From assembly GCA_963741955.1 (NCBI GenBank), contig CAVUKB010000005.1, positions 1,280,001-1,344,000 on the forward strand: a DNA stretch of 64,000 nt, given 5' to 3'. This DNA is from an uncultured Acidobacteriota bacterium. Its GTDB lineage: Bacteria; Acidobacteriota; Thermoanaerobaculia; Gp7-AA8. This document shows, in pieces, positions 25,625 to 35,672 of this stretch; position 1 is the first letter of the stretch, and each line of letters starts with the position of its first letter. A program made the position numbers and the translations under genes. Under the pieces are notes generated by a model that made no database searches, was not told the DNA's origin, and saw only the letters and a list, made by a program, of their open reading frames with translations.

Positions 25625-26575
25625 ATGAAACGAGTGCTGATCGCCGCCGATCTCGATCCCGTACTGCTCCAGCTCCTCAGGGACGATCCCCGGTTCGAAA
25701 CCGTACATCGACCGACGCACTCGGAACAGGAGCTCGCCGGGACGATTTCCGGCTTTCACGTGCTGGTGACCCGATACCACAATCGCGTGACGCGCGCGGT
25801 TCTGGAGCGGGCGGATGGCTTGGACGTCATCATCCAGGGAACCAGTGGTCTGGACAATATCGATCACCCCGCAGCTGCCGAACGCGGGATCGCCATTATT
25901 GGCATCCCTGGAGAAAACGCGAATGCAGTAGCCGAGCTGGTCCTCGGCCACATGATCTCATTGACGCGGACGGTTCCCTTCTACGATCGCTCGATGCGTA
26001 AAGGAGCCTGGATCCGCGACGACTGCGCGACACGCCGCGAGTTGCGTTCGTTCCAGCTCGGGATCGTCGGAATCGGAAGGGTGGGAAGCCGCGTCGCCGC
26101 AATCGCCGGAAATCTCGGGATGAAGCCGCTCTCGTTCGATCCATATCTTTCGCGGGACGAGATCGCCCGTCGCGGGGCGAAGAAGGTCGAGACTCTGGAC
26201 GAGCTCCTCGCGAAGAGCGAAATTCTGACCTTCCACGTTCCCCTGACCGAGGAGACCGACGGGATGCTGGGAGCCGGAGAGATCGAACGTCTGCCGGTTG
26301 GAGCCGCCGTGATCAATTCATCACGAGGAGAAGTGGTGGACCTGGCTGCACTTCTGGACGCTCTGGAGCGCGGCCATCTCGGAGGCGCCGCACTCGACGT
26401 GTTCGATCCCGAACCCCCTTCGCGCAGCTGGCCGGACGACCCACGCCTGATCCTCACTCCTCACATCGCTGGATGCACTCGGGAAGCGAAGCTCGCGATC
26501 GGGAAAATGGTGTACCGCCGTCTCTGCGAGTACTACGCGCTCGCGCCGGCCGGAGATGCTGACTCGGCAGGATGA
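25625..26575 (+). CDS. D-isomer-specific 2-hydroxyacid dehydrogenase (SerA-like)
   Basis: GLDNID, NANAVAE, GIVGIGRVG, HVPLT, INSSRG, LDVFDPEP, TPHIAG. Confidence 0.85.
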   Translation: MKRVLIAADLDPVLLQLLRDDPRFETVHRPTHSEQELAGTISGFHVLVTRYHNRVTRAVLERADGLDVIIQGTSGLDNIDHPAAAERGIAIIGIPGENANAVAELVLGHMISLTRTVPFYDRSMRKGAWIRDDCATRRELRSFQLGIVGIGRVGSRVAAIAGNLGMKPLSFDPYLSRDEIARRGAKKVETLDELLAKSEILTFHVPLTEETDGMLGAGEIERLPVGAAVINSSRGEVVDLAALLDALERGHLGGAALDVFDPEPPSRSWPDDPRLILTPHIAGCTREAKLAIGKMVYRRLCEYYALAPAGDADSAG

Positions 26576-27858
26576 AACGCCTCGCGGCGACAGTGTTTCC
26601 CGTCGCGAATCACTTGCACACCGTCACGGAACACGTGGCGGACCAGATTGATCCCGAAGTGATACACGAGGTGGAGATAGTTCGGGGCGTCGAGGAGGAG
26701 GAAGTCGGCGCGTTTCCCTGGTTCGATCGTGCCGGTCTCGGAGGCGAGACCGAGTGAGAAGGCACCGTTGATGGTCGCCGCGGTGAGAGCTTCTTCAACC
26801 GTCAGCCTCATCCGGAGACAGGCGAGCTGGATGACGATCTGCATCGATTCGGTCATCGAGGAGCCGGGGTTGCAGTCGGTCGAGAGCGATACGATCGCGC
26901 CATTGTCGATCATCGCTCGCGCGGGAGCGTACCGGTCGGACATCAGAAAGAAGCTCGTCGCCGGGAGAAGGTTCGCCACAGTCTCGGATGCTGCGAGCGC
27001 GCGAATCCCCTCGCGAGAGATACACATCAGGTGATCGGCAGAACGAGCACCAACCCGCACCGCGAGCGCGGCTCCTCCGGTGTCACTCAGCTCGTCGGCG
27101 TGAATTCTCGGTTCCAGCCCCAGGCGCGCACCTGCGCGGAGGATGTCCTCTCCGTCGCGGGCGGTGAAGATACCCCTTTCGACGAAGACGTCACAGAAGC
27201 GGGCGAGCTTCTGCGAGGAAACCTCGGGGAAGATCTCCTCGATCACGTACTGCACGTAGGCCTGCCGTGACTTGTCCGAACGATCGCGCTCGGGGGGCAT
27301 CTCGTGAGCCGCGAGACAGGTGGGAACCAGACGCACCGGCGCGGAGCGCTCGGCGGTCGCGATCGCCCGGAGCTGTTTGAGCTCGTCGACGAGATTCAGT
27401 CCATAACCACTCTTCGCTTCGGCAGTGGTCGTTCCGTGGAGCGCCATCATGCACGCGCGTCGCAGCACGTTGTCGACCAGAAGATCCTCGGATGCCTTTC
27501 GGGTCTCGCGCACGGTGGAGGCGATCCCGCCTCCCGAAGCCGCGATCTCCTCGTAGCTCTCGCCGGAGATACGGCGATTGAACTCCGATTCCCGGTAGCC
27601 GGCAAACGGCAGATGGGTGTGACTGTCGACGAAACCCGGGAGTGCGGTGGCGCCCTTCGCATCGAAGTCGCGTGTCACAGCGGACCGGATCTCGGGAGGA
27701 AGATCGGATTCAGCTCCGACGAATACGAAGCGATCGCCTTCAGTGACGATCACCGGACGTTCCAGAACGGCGATCTTCCGGAGGGCCGCACCTCGAACCG
27801 GCGCGTTTCCGATCGGAGTCGCGATCTGGGAGAGATTATGGAAAAGCGTCAGTGACAT
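26533..27858 (-). CDS. hutI: Imidazolonepropionase
   Basis: PGFVDSHTH, GGGIASTV, EAKSGYGL, HADEL, STDCNPGSS. Confidence 0.92.
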   Translation of the reverse strand: MSLTLFHNLSQIATPIGNAPVRGAALRKIAVLERPVIVTEGDRFVFVGAESDLPPEIRSAVTRDFDAKGATALPGFVDSHTHLPFAGYRESEFNRRISGESYEEIAASGGGIASTVRETRKASEDLLVDNVLRRACMMALHGTTTAEAKSGYGLNLVDELKQLRAIATAERSAPVRLVPTCLAAHEMPPERDRSDKSRQAYVQYVIEEIFPEVSSQKLARFCDVFVERGIFTARDGEDILRAGARLGLEPRIHADELSDTGGAALAVRVGARSADHLMCISREGIRALAASETVANLLPATSFFLMSDRYAPARAMIDNGAIVSLSTDCNPGSSMTESMQIVIQLACLRMRLTVEEALTAATINGAFSLGLASETGTIEPGKRADFLLLDAPNYLHLVYHFGINLVRHVFRDGVQVIRDGKHCRREAFHPAESASPAGASA

Positions 27859-27887
27859 TCGAGGACCTCACCACGGCAGTGGCTTGC

Positions 27888-28394
27888 CTATTCTAACTCG
27901 CCACTCTTGCGGTGAATCTGGGTGATCGGCTGTTCGAGAGCCTCCTGCTCTGCATCGAGCATCACCATCTGCTGGACGATGTCCAGCATCGACTGCAGCT
28001 TGCTGCGGGCAGCCTTCCTTTGAATCTTCAGATCCTGAATCGATGATTCCAGAGCACCCACCCGGTCCATCACCTGTCCCATGATCCGTTCCGAAAGAAG
28101 CTCGGCATCCTTCACGATCAGCTCGGCTTCTTTCCGCGCATTTTCCTTGACGTCTTCGGAGACTCGCTGTGCGGAGAGGAGAGTGTCCTTGATGATCCGT
28201 TCCCGCTCGCGATGTTCCGCCACCTCTTCGCGACTCTGACTGATCTCGCGGGCCAGATGGTCGAGCTCCTTCAGAAGCCGCTCCATCTCCTCGGCGACCA
28301 GATGAAGATATGCGCGGACCTCGTCGACGTTGTACCCGTTCAGCGAACGGCCAAAGACCTGCTTCTGAATCTCCAGTGGTGTCAGATTCTGCAT
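27888..28394 (-). CDS. divIVA: DivIVA domain coiled-coil protein
   Basis: LTPLEIQKQVF...GYNVDEV N-terminus plus coiled coil; GGAGG RBS. Confidence 0.88.
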   Translation of the reverse strand: MQNLTPLEIQKQVFGRSLNGYNVDEVRAYLHLVAEEMERLLKELDHLAREISQSREEVAEHRERERIIKDTLLSAQRVSEDVKENARKEAELIVKDAELLSERIMGQVMDRVGALESSIQDLKIQRKAARSKLQSMLDIVQQMVMLDAEQEALEQPITQIHRKSGELE

Positions 28395-28525
28395 GAACAC
28401 GACCTCCCTCAACGGACGGAGCGTTTCGGCCCCTCGAGCGAAAGGAGTGCGCCATGCCGGCCGCGCGACTTCCCCCTCCCGGACCACGCCACGTCGCGGT
28501 TGCAACCCTACTGCAGGAACGACAT

Positions 28526-28873
28526 TCAGAGTATAGGCCCGATCGCGAGACGGAGGAAAGTTCGGAGGAAGTAGACTGCGATGAGCAGCAGGAGTGGCGA
28601 CCAGTCGATTCCTCCCGTTTTCCACGGGGGGAGCAGCCGCCGGAAGGGCCGAAGTATGGGCGCGGCTCCGCGCTCGAAAAAGTCATTCAGCTGAACCAGA
28701 ACGTTGAAGAAGGCCCGATGACGCCACCGAAACGAAGTCTGTGACGCGAAAAAGACGACCCACGAGAGAATCACCCAGACGAAAACGAACCACACGATCA
28801 ATCCCAGCACCAGATCGACCGTCCAGAACAGACTTTTCAGGAAAGCGCTACCGACCCACATCCGACGAGTCAC
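28526..28873 (-). CDS. yggT: YggT family membrane protein
   Basis: ILSW...PILRPFRRLLP...GGIDWSPL; start uncertain. Confidence 0.85.
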   Translation of the reverse strand: MTRRMWVGSAFLKSLFWTVDLVLGLIVWFVFVWVILSWVVFFASQTSFRWRHRAFFNVLVQLNDFFERGAAPILRPFRRLLPPWKTGGIDWSPLLLLIAVYFLRTFLRLAIGPIL

Positions 28874-29553
28874 TCCCTCCTGCCGAAGATCGCCCGCCCG
28901 ATCCGGACCATCGTCGAGCCTTCTTCGACCGCGATCTCGAAATCATCACTCATCCCCATCGAGAGCACCGGTTCGCGAATCAGCCCCCGCGAACGGGTCT
29001 TCTCCCAGACCTCGCGCATCGCTGCAAAATAGCGCCGAACCTCTTGCGCGTCTGCGACTGGCGGGATGCACATCATTCCCCGAACGGTGATCCCTTCCAG
29101 CCCCAGCAACTCTTCCGCCACCTCGATGGCAGCATCCGGACTCACGCCACTTTTCTGGGGTTCCATCCCGATGTTCACCTGCAGGAGCACGTCCGGCCGT
29201 CGTCCCTCCTGGACCGCGATCCGGGAGATCCTTTGCGCCAGGTCGAGCGAGTCGACGCTCTGGATCACGTCGAAGATCTCTACTGCGCCACGGACCTTGT
29301 TCGACTGAAGATGCCCGACCAGATGCCAACGCCCGCGGCTCTGGATCGACTCGAGCTTCTCCCGAAATTCCTGGACGCGGTTCTCTCCGACGTCGGTGAT
29401 TCCCGCTGCGATCGCGGCATCCACCGCCGTCGCCGGGAACGTCTTGGAGATCGCAACGAGCGTGACTTCCTGCCGGCGGCGACCACTGCGTCGGCACGCC
29501 TCTTCGATTCTCCCGTCGATCTCGCGGACGTTCGCCCGCAGGTCATCCCACAT
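28870..29553 (-). CDS. yggS: PLP homeostasis protein YggS
   Basis: VAISK, GENRVQE, HLVGHLQSNKV, SMGMSDD, GSTMVRIG. Confidence 0.93.
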   Translation of the reverse strand: MWDDLRANVREIDGRIEEACRRSGRRRQEVTLVAISKTFPATAVDAAIAAGITDVGENRVQEFREKLESIQSRGRWHLVGHLQSNKVRGAVEIFDVIQSVDSLDLAQRISRIAVQEGRRPDVLLQVNIGMEPQKSGVSPDAAIEVAEELLGLEGITVRGMMCIPPVADAQEVRRYFAAMREVWEKTRSRGLIREPVLSMGMSDDFEIAVEEGSTMVRIGRAIFGRRE

Positions 29554-30010
29554 CGCTCCGCCGCTCGATCCAGCTCGGGACCCGCCTATCGATCCCGGCG
29601 TTTGCGAGCCGATCGGCCTCCTTGTTCCCCGCCCGGAGTGTATGCCGAATGGAGAATGAACGGAAACCGGCCGCGAGTCGGGAGGCCTCCCGATGAAGAG
29701 GAATCAGGTTCGGATGGCGCACGCGGAAGGTGCCGAGCATCTGATTCACGAGCAATTGGGAGTCGGCGATCACTTCGAGATCGGTGACCCCTTCGTCGAG
29801 CGCGGCCGCCAGTGCCGCCAGAAGGCCTTTGTATTCGGCCACGTTGTTCGTCGTCACGCCGAGGAACCCGCCGATCTCGACAACGTCACCACCTTCGATC
29901 CGCAGAACGGCGCCGAAACCCGCGATCCCTGGATTCCCCCGGCAGGCCCCGTCGACCCATGCAGTGGCTTTCAGGATGCAACCCGTTCCATGTAGATGAT
30001 GCGGCGGCAT
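29543..30010 (-). CDS. rnhA: Ribonuclease HI
   Basis: DGACRGNPG, TNNVAEY, DSQL, NKEADRLAN; start uncertain (overlaps upstream gene). Confidence 0.88.
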   Translation of the reverse strand: MPPHHLHGTGCILKATAWVDGACRGNPGIAGFGAVLRIEGGDVVEIGGFLGVTTNNVAEYKGLLAALAAALDEGVTDLEVIADSQLLVNQMLGTFRVRHPNLIPLHREASRLAAGFRSFSIRHTLRAGNKEADRLANAGIDRRVPSWIERRSDVG

Positions 30011-30681
30011 CCTTCGCAGAAGACGATCTCACCGCGGCGAAGCTGCTGCTGGGCCTGCGACCGGACCCGGAATCTGCAGACGCTGCACGCTCCTTCTGCC
30101 ACAGCCGCGACGGCGATTCCCTGCCGCTGCTTGAAAATCCGGTGAAACTCCGATCGAAGCCGGTCAGGAATCTGGGCTTCCACCTTCGCCGCCTTCTCTT
30201 CAATCGTCTGGATCTGCTGCCGAAGGTCACCGAGAGATCCCTGCCACTCCTGATACGCGGCCTCGAATCTTTGCTTGAGGTCTTCGTAACTTCCGCGGCG
30301 TTCCGCGAGGCCCGCCTCGATCTCCTCGATGTCGCTCATCTTCTTGAGCAGGGCTTCTTCCAGGCTCTTGACCTCTTTGCGGGCAGTATCAATCTCCTTC
30401 CAGGCCGCCGCGTACTGCTGCTGATTCTTCACCTGCATCAGCTGCCCTTCGTACTTCTTGAGTTTCTCCTGCGCGTCCTGAAGATCGGATTCGATCCCGC
30501 GACGCTCTTTGCCGAGCTCAGCGAGTTGCTCGTTCGCCTGCGCGATTGCGTCGTTTGCCTGCTGGTACTCTGCGTCGACGGCAGCGAAACCCTCGGGCTT
30601 GTTCTCCAGAGCCTGCTGCTTGTCCGCCAGTGACGACATGATCTCCTGCAACTCCCAGAGTTTGTCCAACACCTGACTCAA
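29971..30681 (-). CDS. C4-type zinc ribbon domain coiled-coil protein (DUF164-like)
   Basis: Long coiled coil then CSVC...CEGCRRI; TTG start after GGAGGA. Confidence 0.85.
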   Translation of the reverse strand: MSQVLDKLWELQEIMSSLADKQQALENKPEGFAAVDAEYQQANDAIAQANEQLAELGKERRGIESDLQDAQEKLKKYEGQLMQVKNQQQYAAAWKEIDTARKEVKSLEEALLKKMSDIEEIEAGLAERRGSYEDLKQRFEAAYQEWQGSLGDLRQQIQTIEEKAAKVEAQIPDRLRSEFHRIFKQRQGIAVAAVAEGACSVCRFRVRSQAQQQLRRGEIVFCEGCRRIIYMERVAS

Positions 30682-30862
30682 TGTCCTCCTCCATTTGAAC
30701 GAAAGGCAACAAAAAAGGCGTTCCGTTTCCCGGAACGCCTTTCTTCGGATTTCGAACCTCGGGCTCCGAGTGTGCAATGAGATTGACACTCGAAGCCGAA
30801 AACTCGAAAGATCACGATTCTCTGACCTCTATTCATCCTGATCACTTCTGGCTGATCACTTC

Positions 30863-30938
30863 TGGTGGGTCCACCAGGATTCGAACCTGGGACCTGCCGG
30901 TTATGAGCCGGTGGCTCTGACCGCTGAGCTATGGACCC
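30863..30938 (-). tRNA. tRNA with CAT anticodon, most likely tRNA-Ile2 (lysidine)
   Basis: GGGTCCATAGCTCAG...CCGGCTCATAACCGG...GGACCCACCA; lacks initiator C1:A72 mismatch and GGG/CCC anticodon stem. Confidence 0.88.
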
Positions 30939-31015
30939 GAGCGCGGGATTGTAGCACACGGAAACCCGCCGACAGGGACGTTAACCAGAGGGGATGACCG
31001 GATATTCACAGACGG

Positions 31016-31041
31016 GAAGAGCCCGGTCTCCCGGGCTCTTC
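31016..31041 (-). terminator. Hairpin downstream of LysM gene
   Basis: GAAGAGCCCGG-GAGA-CCGGGCTCTTC. Confidence 0.6.
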
Positions 31042-31070
31042 GACGCTACGCCGGGGCGATGGAATTCGGG

Positions 31071-32204
31071 TCACTTCAGCTCGACCTGATCTCCAACCGC
31101 CATCGAATAGCGCATCCCGACGATCCGCGCCGTCGCAGTGTGCGGTTCCGCGGTGAGGATCGCCAGCTCACCCAGAACGAGACGGGGCGCGCCTGAAACG
31201 ACGTTCGGACGGTAGACGGTGAGGAAATCACCCGGCTCGACGAAATCGTCGCGCCCGAGATTGATCTCGACCAGAGATCCTTCACCGAGCGAGTATTGGT
31301 AATCCTTCGCGTTGACGATGAAGCCGCCCGTCTTTCCGCTCGGCGGGGTGCACGCATCAGCCATCGCCGAAAGCCTCGCCAGCGGGATCGGAAGCTCGGG
31401 GAGCGGCTTGATGCGATCGCCGATGTGGATGTCGGAGCATGACTGAGTGATGATCGCCGTTGCCGTGCCGCTGCTGTCCAGACAGAGAACCCGCACCTGC
31501 CCACGATAGTGGTACTGCCGACCGATCACTTCCTTCGTAACCGGGTGATGAACCACTTCGCCCGGCTCGACCACCATATAGGTCTGCCCGGCGACGATGT
31601 CCGTTCCGACATTTCCTTTGATGTAGATGATGTCGTCGGCCGCGACTCCGGTGTCGTTGGAGAGGCTCTCGGTCATGTATTTGGTCGCGGTGTCCTCGAA
31701 CGACACGACCCGGTTCGGGAGGGGCTCGTCGACCGCTCCGAGATAGCCGTAGCAATAGAGATCAGAATAGGAGCCGAGCGCCACTGGAGGGCTGGCAGCA
31801 GACATGGCAGCGCCGATCGGAGCGGCTTCCCCTCCCCCGGTTGCTGCTTCGGCAACGCCCGTTTCGGCCGGCACTTCTCCGGTCTGGGATTCGCCTTCGA
31901 TCAGGAGAGTATCGCCCGGATAGATCCAGTGCGCGTCCGTGATGTAGGTGTTGTGCTCCCAGAGCTGCGGCCAAAGGTAGCCGTTCCCGTAGTACTTCGC
32001 GGCGAGGCCCCAGAGCGTTTCGCCTCGTTCGATCACGTGGGTCTTCGCACCGGGAGGATACGTGGATGGGTCCGGCGGAATGTACGCCGTCCAGTGATCG
32101 CCAACCAGGTGAAGGTCTTTCGGCGGCTGAGTTTCATTCTGCGCCGCCAGCAGTGGCAGCGCCGCCATCAGGAGGACCGGAACCACACAACGCACGCGCA
32201 CCAT
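31071..32204 (-). CDS. Exported LysM peptidoglycan-binding protein (TsaP-like architecture)
   Basis: Signal peptide; HVIERGETLWGLAAKYYG..LWPQLW..N..I..HWIYPGD LysM; beta-rich C-terminus. Confidence 0.8.
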   Translation of the reverse strand: MVRVRCVVPVLLMAALPLLAAQNETQPPKDLHLVGDHWTAYIPPDPSTYPPGAKTHVIERGETLWGLAAKYYGNGYLWPQLWEHNTYITDAHWIYPGDTLLIEGESQTGEVPAETGVAEAATGGGEAAPIGAAMSAASPPVALGSYSDLYCYGYLGAVDEPLPNRVVSFEDTATKYMTESLSNDTGVAADDIIYIKGNVGTDIVAGQTYMVVEPGEVVHHPVTKEVIGRQYHYRGQVRVLCLDSSGTATAIITQSCSDIHIGDRIKPLPELPIPLARLSAMADACTPPSGKTGGFIVNAKDYQYSLGEGSLVEINLGRDDFVEPGDFLTVYRPNVVSGAPRLVLGELAILTAEPHTATARIVGMRYSMAVGDQVELK

Positions 32205-32454
32205 TTGCCCCTCCCCAATATGTCCAATCCCAATGTTGGGAACGTTAGCGCAATTCAGCGCTAAGTGTCAAATGGGAAGGACCTTAGCCCGGACGATTCC
32301 GGGCCGGCAGGAAGAACCCGGCAGGCTGCCGCGACCCTGGAACTCGGCTCAACCGGAGACCGGCACGGCCGGAAAACCCAAGGGCGCGCACGACGGCGCG
32401 CCCCTGGAAGTCTCCGGTCCCCGCCGCTGGAGACGGGGCGTCGTGCGGAGATGC

Positions 32455-33399
32455 TCAGCGAGTCTCGGAGCGGCCCTGACGCTCGTTCGAGTCTTCGCTG
32501 AACGCTTGCAGCTCTGCGGTTCTCTTTCGGTAATTCTGGAGGACCTGTTTCACGTAAGACTTCGTTTCGCGGTACGGAGGAACGCCTCCGTAGTGCCTCA
32601 CGGTTCCTTCGCCCGCGTTGTAGGCGGCGATGGTCTTCTTGAGGTTCCCGTCGAAACGCTCCTCGAGATATTTCAGATACTTCACCCCGGCCTCGACGTT
32701 CTGGTCCGGGTCGAACAGATTTTGCGCTCCCATCCAGCGCCCGGTCCTCGGCATCAGCTGCATCAGCCCCTGCGCACCGACCGGTGAGCGTGCGCGCTTC
32801 TTGAATCGCGACTCGGTCTCCATGACCGCTGCCACCAGCGCCGGATCGACGTCGTACTTTTTCGCGTGCTCGTGGATCAGGGATCCGTAGGGCACCTGGG
32901 TCGCGAAGAACTCTTCGCGCACCGCGCCGGTGATGATCCCCACCTGCTTCTTCCCTTCCTCCGCAATCTGTTCGATTCCACCGAACGAGGGAAACTCCGC
33001 GATCTCGTCGGAACCGGTTCGTCCCTCCTTCGCAGAAGGCTCGAGCCACTTCGGGTCGAACAGGTTCGTCCGCGTCGATACGAATCGATCGGGGAAGAGC
33101 CGCGCGATCCGGAGAAGCGAAGTCGATGCGAGGTCGGATCGGACGTCCGCCACGACGTTCGACTGATCACCCTTGTTCCGGACCACCTTGACCTGATCGA
33201 GGTCCCGCTCCACGAGGAAGTGAACGCCATCGAGCGCCTGTCCAACCCCTCCGAACGAGAGTGCGGCACCGAGCACGATGGTCATGAACCGCGCCGATCG
33301 AACCGGCGCCCGTCGCGTCCGGGCCGAACGTCTTCGGCGATCCGGAGAGAGTCGCAGCGCCCGACCGAGGCTTTCAGCAAATCGTCTTCGCTTCTTCAT
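32455..33399 (-). CDS. Lytic transglycosylase (SLT domain)
   Basis: AVMETES, GAQGLMQLMP, AAYNAG, PPYRETKSYV; start may be downstream (~33285). Confidence 0.88.
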   Translation of the reverse strand: MKKRRRFAESLGRALRLSPDRRRRSARTRRAPVRSARFMTIVLGAALSFGGVGQALDGVHFLVERDLDQVKVVRNKGDQSNVVADVRSDLASTSLLRIARLFPDRFVSTRTNLFDPKWLEPSAKEGRTGSDEIAEFPSFGGIEQIAEEGKKQVGIITGAVREEFFATQVPYGSLIHEHAKKYDVDPALVAAVMETESRFKKRARSPVGAQGLMQLMPRTGRWMGAQNLFDPDQNVEAGVKYLKYLEERFDGNLKKTIAAYNAGEGTVRHYGGVPPYRETKSYVKQVLQNYRKRTAELQAFSEDSNERQGRSETR

Positions 33400-33511
33400 G
33401 AGATCCCCTTTCGAGAGCGAGACTCAACAGTTATTTGGACCGTTCTCGCAAACAAGAGGCTCTGGCGGGTTATTGCCGGGGGAGGGCGTTTCGGCGAAAA
33501 ATAACTATAAG

Positions 33512-34099
33512 TTATTGATGCCGCTCGTCTTCGCCGAAGACTTCGGCCTCGAATCGCTCGATCGAGCAGAGGCCCCGATGAGCCGCCTCGGCGGGAAGAC
33601 CTGCTTTCCTGCAGGTCTGGCGCAGCAGTTCGTCTGCGGTCCAACCGTATTCGGTCGCAACCTGTGGCAGGAGCAGCCCGGCAGAGCGCCCCTGGCGCAC
33701 GATCAGACCGTCCCGACCGACCACGATCGACCCGAGGCTCTCCACCGGCAGGACCGGACCGAGGACGGAGATCTCGATCGACAGGAGTTCCAGCTCGCGG
33801 CCGGTGAGCGGCGCGAAGCGTGGATCCCCGAACGCGGCGTTGAGCGCGTTCTCCTCGACCGTGCGGTAGAGAGGACGGAGTGGCAAGACCGTGCCGATGC
33901 ATCCACGCAGGCCGGTGCCGATGTGGAGGGTCACGAAAGCTCCTGCCGGGCGGCGGAGTGCATCTGAGAGTGCTTCCGGGTCGATCGGAACGCGGGACCC
34001 GGAAAAGTGTCCGGCGATGGCATTCCTCGCGATCGCGAGGAGAGCGGTGCGGTCGGACGCGCAGAGCAGACGGGAAGGCGCCGATTCGACATCGGTCAT
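33512..34099 (-). CDS. AMMECR1-domain protein (AmmeMemoRadiSam protein A type)
   Basis: GAFVTL...LRGCIG, DPRF.PL, GLLLPQVA, C.KAG. Confidence 0.88.
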   Translation of the reverse strand: MTDVESAPSRLLCASDRTALLAIARNAIAGHFSGSRVPIDPEALSDALRRPAGAFVTLHIGTGLRGCIGTVLPLRPLYRTVEENALNAAFGDPRFAPLTGRELELLSIEISVLGPVLPVESLGSIVVGRDGLIVRQGRSAGLLLPQVATEYGWTADELLRQTCRKAGLPAEAAHRGLCSIERFEAEVFGEDERHQ

Positions 34100-34848
34100 G
34101 AGATTTCCGCGGGACGGGACTCCGCCCCTTCCTCTTCTCTCACATCATAGATGAAGACGCGCTTGCTCATCCATCGAACCGCGAAGCAGTCCGCAAGGCC
34201 GCGAAACGCGCGATTGAGCGCCCCGTACTTCGACTGTCCGAAACGGCGCGGACGGTGGTTGACCGGCATCTCCAGCACACGAAAACCTTCCAGCCGCACC
34301 AGGGTCGGAAGGAATCGGTGCATCCCGGTGAAGAGTCGGATGCGCTGAACCGCTTCGCGCTTGACCAGCTTCAGAGAGCAACCGGTGTCGGTGATCTGAT
34401 CGCGGGTGATCCAGTTTCGAACCCCGTTCCCGATCTTCGACTGCAGCTTCCGCATCCGGGTATCCTGCCGGTTCACACGGACTCCGATGATCATGTCCGC
34501 AGACTTCGCCTCCAGCTCGTCGAGCATGCGAGGGATGTCGGCCGGATCGTTCTGCAGATCCGCGTCGAGAGAAACGACCAGGCGCCCGCGCGCGGCACGC
34601 CACCCTGCATCGAGGGCCGCTGTCTGCCCCATGTTCTTCGAGAACGAGAGAATCCGGAGATTCGGGTTCTCGTCCCGCAGACTCCGGAGCACGTCGAGGC
34701 TTCGATCTGCGCTTCCGTCGTCGATCGCGATCATCTCGTACTGCACGCCCCTCCCGTGTAGGGCGTCGCGGATCTCCTGCACGAGGATCGGAAGATTCTC
34801 CTCCTCGTTGAAGACCGGAAAGACGACGGAAAGGTCGAGCTGGTTCAT
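34096..34848 (-). CDS. GT2 glycosyltransferase (polyprenol-phosphate sugar transferase, ArnC/DPM-like)
   Basis: PVFNEEEN, DDGS, DADLQNDP, DTGCSLK, HRFLP. Confidence 0.88.
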   Translation of the reverse strand: MNQLDLSVVFPVFNEEENLPILVQEIRDALHGRGVQYEMIAIDDGSADRSLDVLRSLRDENPNLRILSFSKNMGQTAALDAGWRAARGRLVVSLDADLQNDPADIPRMLDELEAKSADMIIGVRVNRQDTRMRKLQSKIGNGVRNWITRDQITDTGCSLKLVKREAVQRIRLFTGMHRFLPTLVRLEGFRVLEMPVNHRPRRFGQSKYGALNRAFRGLADCFAVRWMSKRVFIYDVREEEGAESRPAEIS

Positions 34849-35624
34849 TCGGCGATTCCAACGTCGAAAGCAGATTCGAAATTCGAAGTGGTCACTGCGG
34901 CCACATCCTCCACCGTACACTCCCAGAGATCGGCCAGCAGCTCCGCGATCCGGACCACGAACGCAGGCTCGTTCGGACGGCCCCGGTGAGGAACCGGCGC
35001 GAGGTACGGCGTGTCGGTCTCGATCAGCACCCGCTCTCGGGGAAGCGCCTTCGCGACTTCTCGTAGCGCGTCCGCCGAGCGGAACGTCACGATTCCGCTG
35101 AGCGACACGTAATAGCTCCGTGAGATGAGGGTTTCGGCGACTTCGAGTGACTCGGTGAACGAATGAAGAATCCCCCGCGCACCGCGTGCGGCGTCGCTCG
35201 CCAGCATCTCGAGGAGATCGGCCGTCGATTCACGATTGTGGATGATCACCGGTTTCCCGACGCTCTTCGCGAGCTCGATCTGGCGCAGCAGAGCGTGCCG
35301 CTGCACCGGGCGCGGAGAGTAATCGTAGTGGTAGTCGAGACCGATCTCTCCGATCGCCACCACCCGCGGGTGGCGGGCCAGATCCGAGAGCTCTTCGAAT
35401 GCGGCATCATCGAGGTGTTTCGCCTCGTGAGGGTGGTATCCGACTGCGGCCCAGACGTCGGGGTGCCGGTCGGCGAGCGCAACGACCGCTCGCACGTCGT
35501 TTCCGTCCGTGGCAGGGACGACGAATCCTCGCACTCCGGCTTCTCGTGCCCGAGTGAGGAGCGCATTCGTCTCCTCGTCGGTCATCGCAAGGTGACAGTG
35601 GCTGTCGGTGAATGGTCGCCTCAT
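34845..35624 (-). CDS. tatD: TatD family hydrolase
   Basis: DSHCH, GYHPH, GEIGLDY, IHNRE, LHSF, ETDTPYLAP. Confidence 0.92.
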   Translation of the reverse strand: MRRPFTDSHCHLAMTDEETNALLTRAREAGVRGFVVPATDGNDVRAVVALADRHPDVWAAVGYHPHEAKHLDDAAFEELSDLARHPRVVAIGEIGLDYHYDYSPRPVQRHALLRQIELAKSVGKPVIIHNRESTADLLEMLASDAARGARGILHSFTESLEVAETLISRSYYVSLSGIVTFRSADALREVAKALPRERVLIETDTPYLAPVPHRGRPNEPAFVVRIAELLADLWECTVEDVAAVTTSNFESAFDVGIAE

Positions 35625-35672
35625 TCTTCTGATCTTCTCTGCGATCCGGCGCCGGGCGCCGCGATCGGTGCG

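Noticed and set aside
29971-29974. CTG start codons overlapping upstream TGA (rnhA; also the kinase near 61784)
   Set aside because: In-frame ATGs exist shortly upstream; cannot be resolved from sequence alone
32205-33511. Riboswitch (c-di-AMP or c-di-GMP) upstream of the LysM or transglycosylase genes
   Set aside because: No recognisable consensus motifs found by eye
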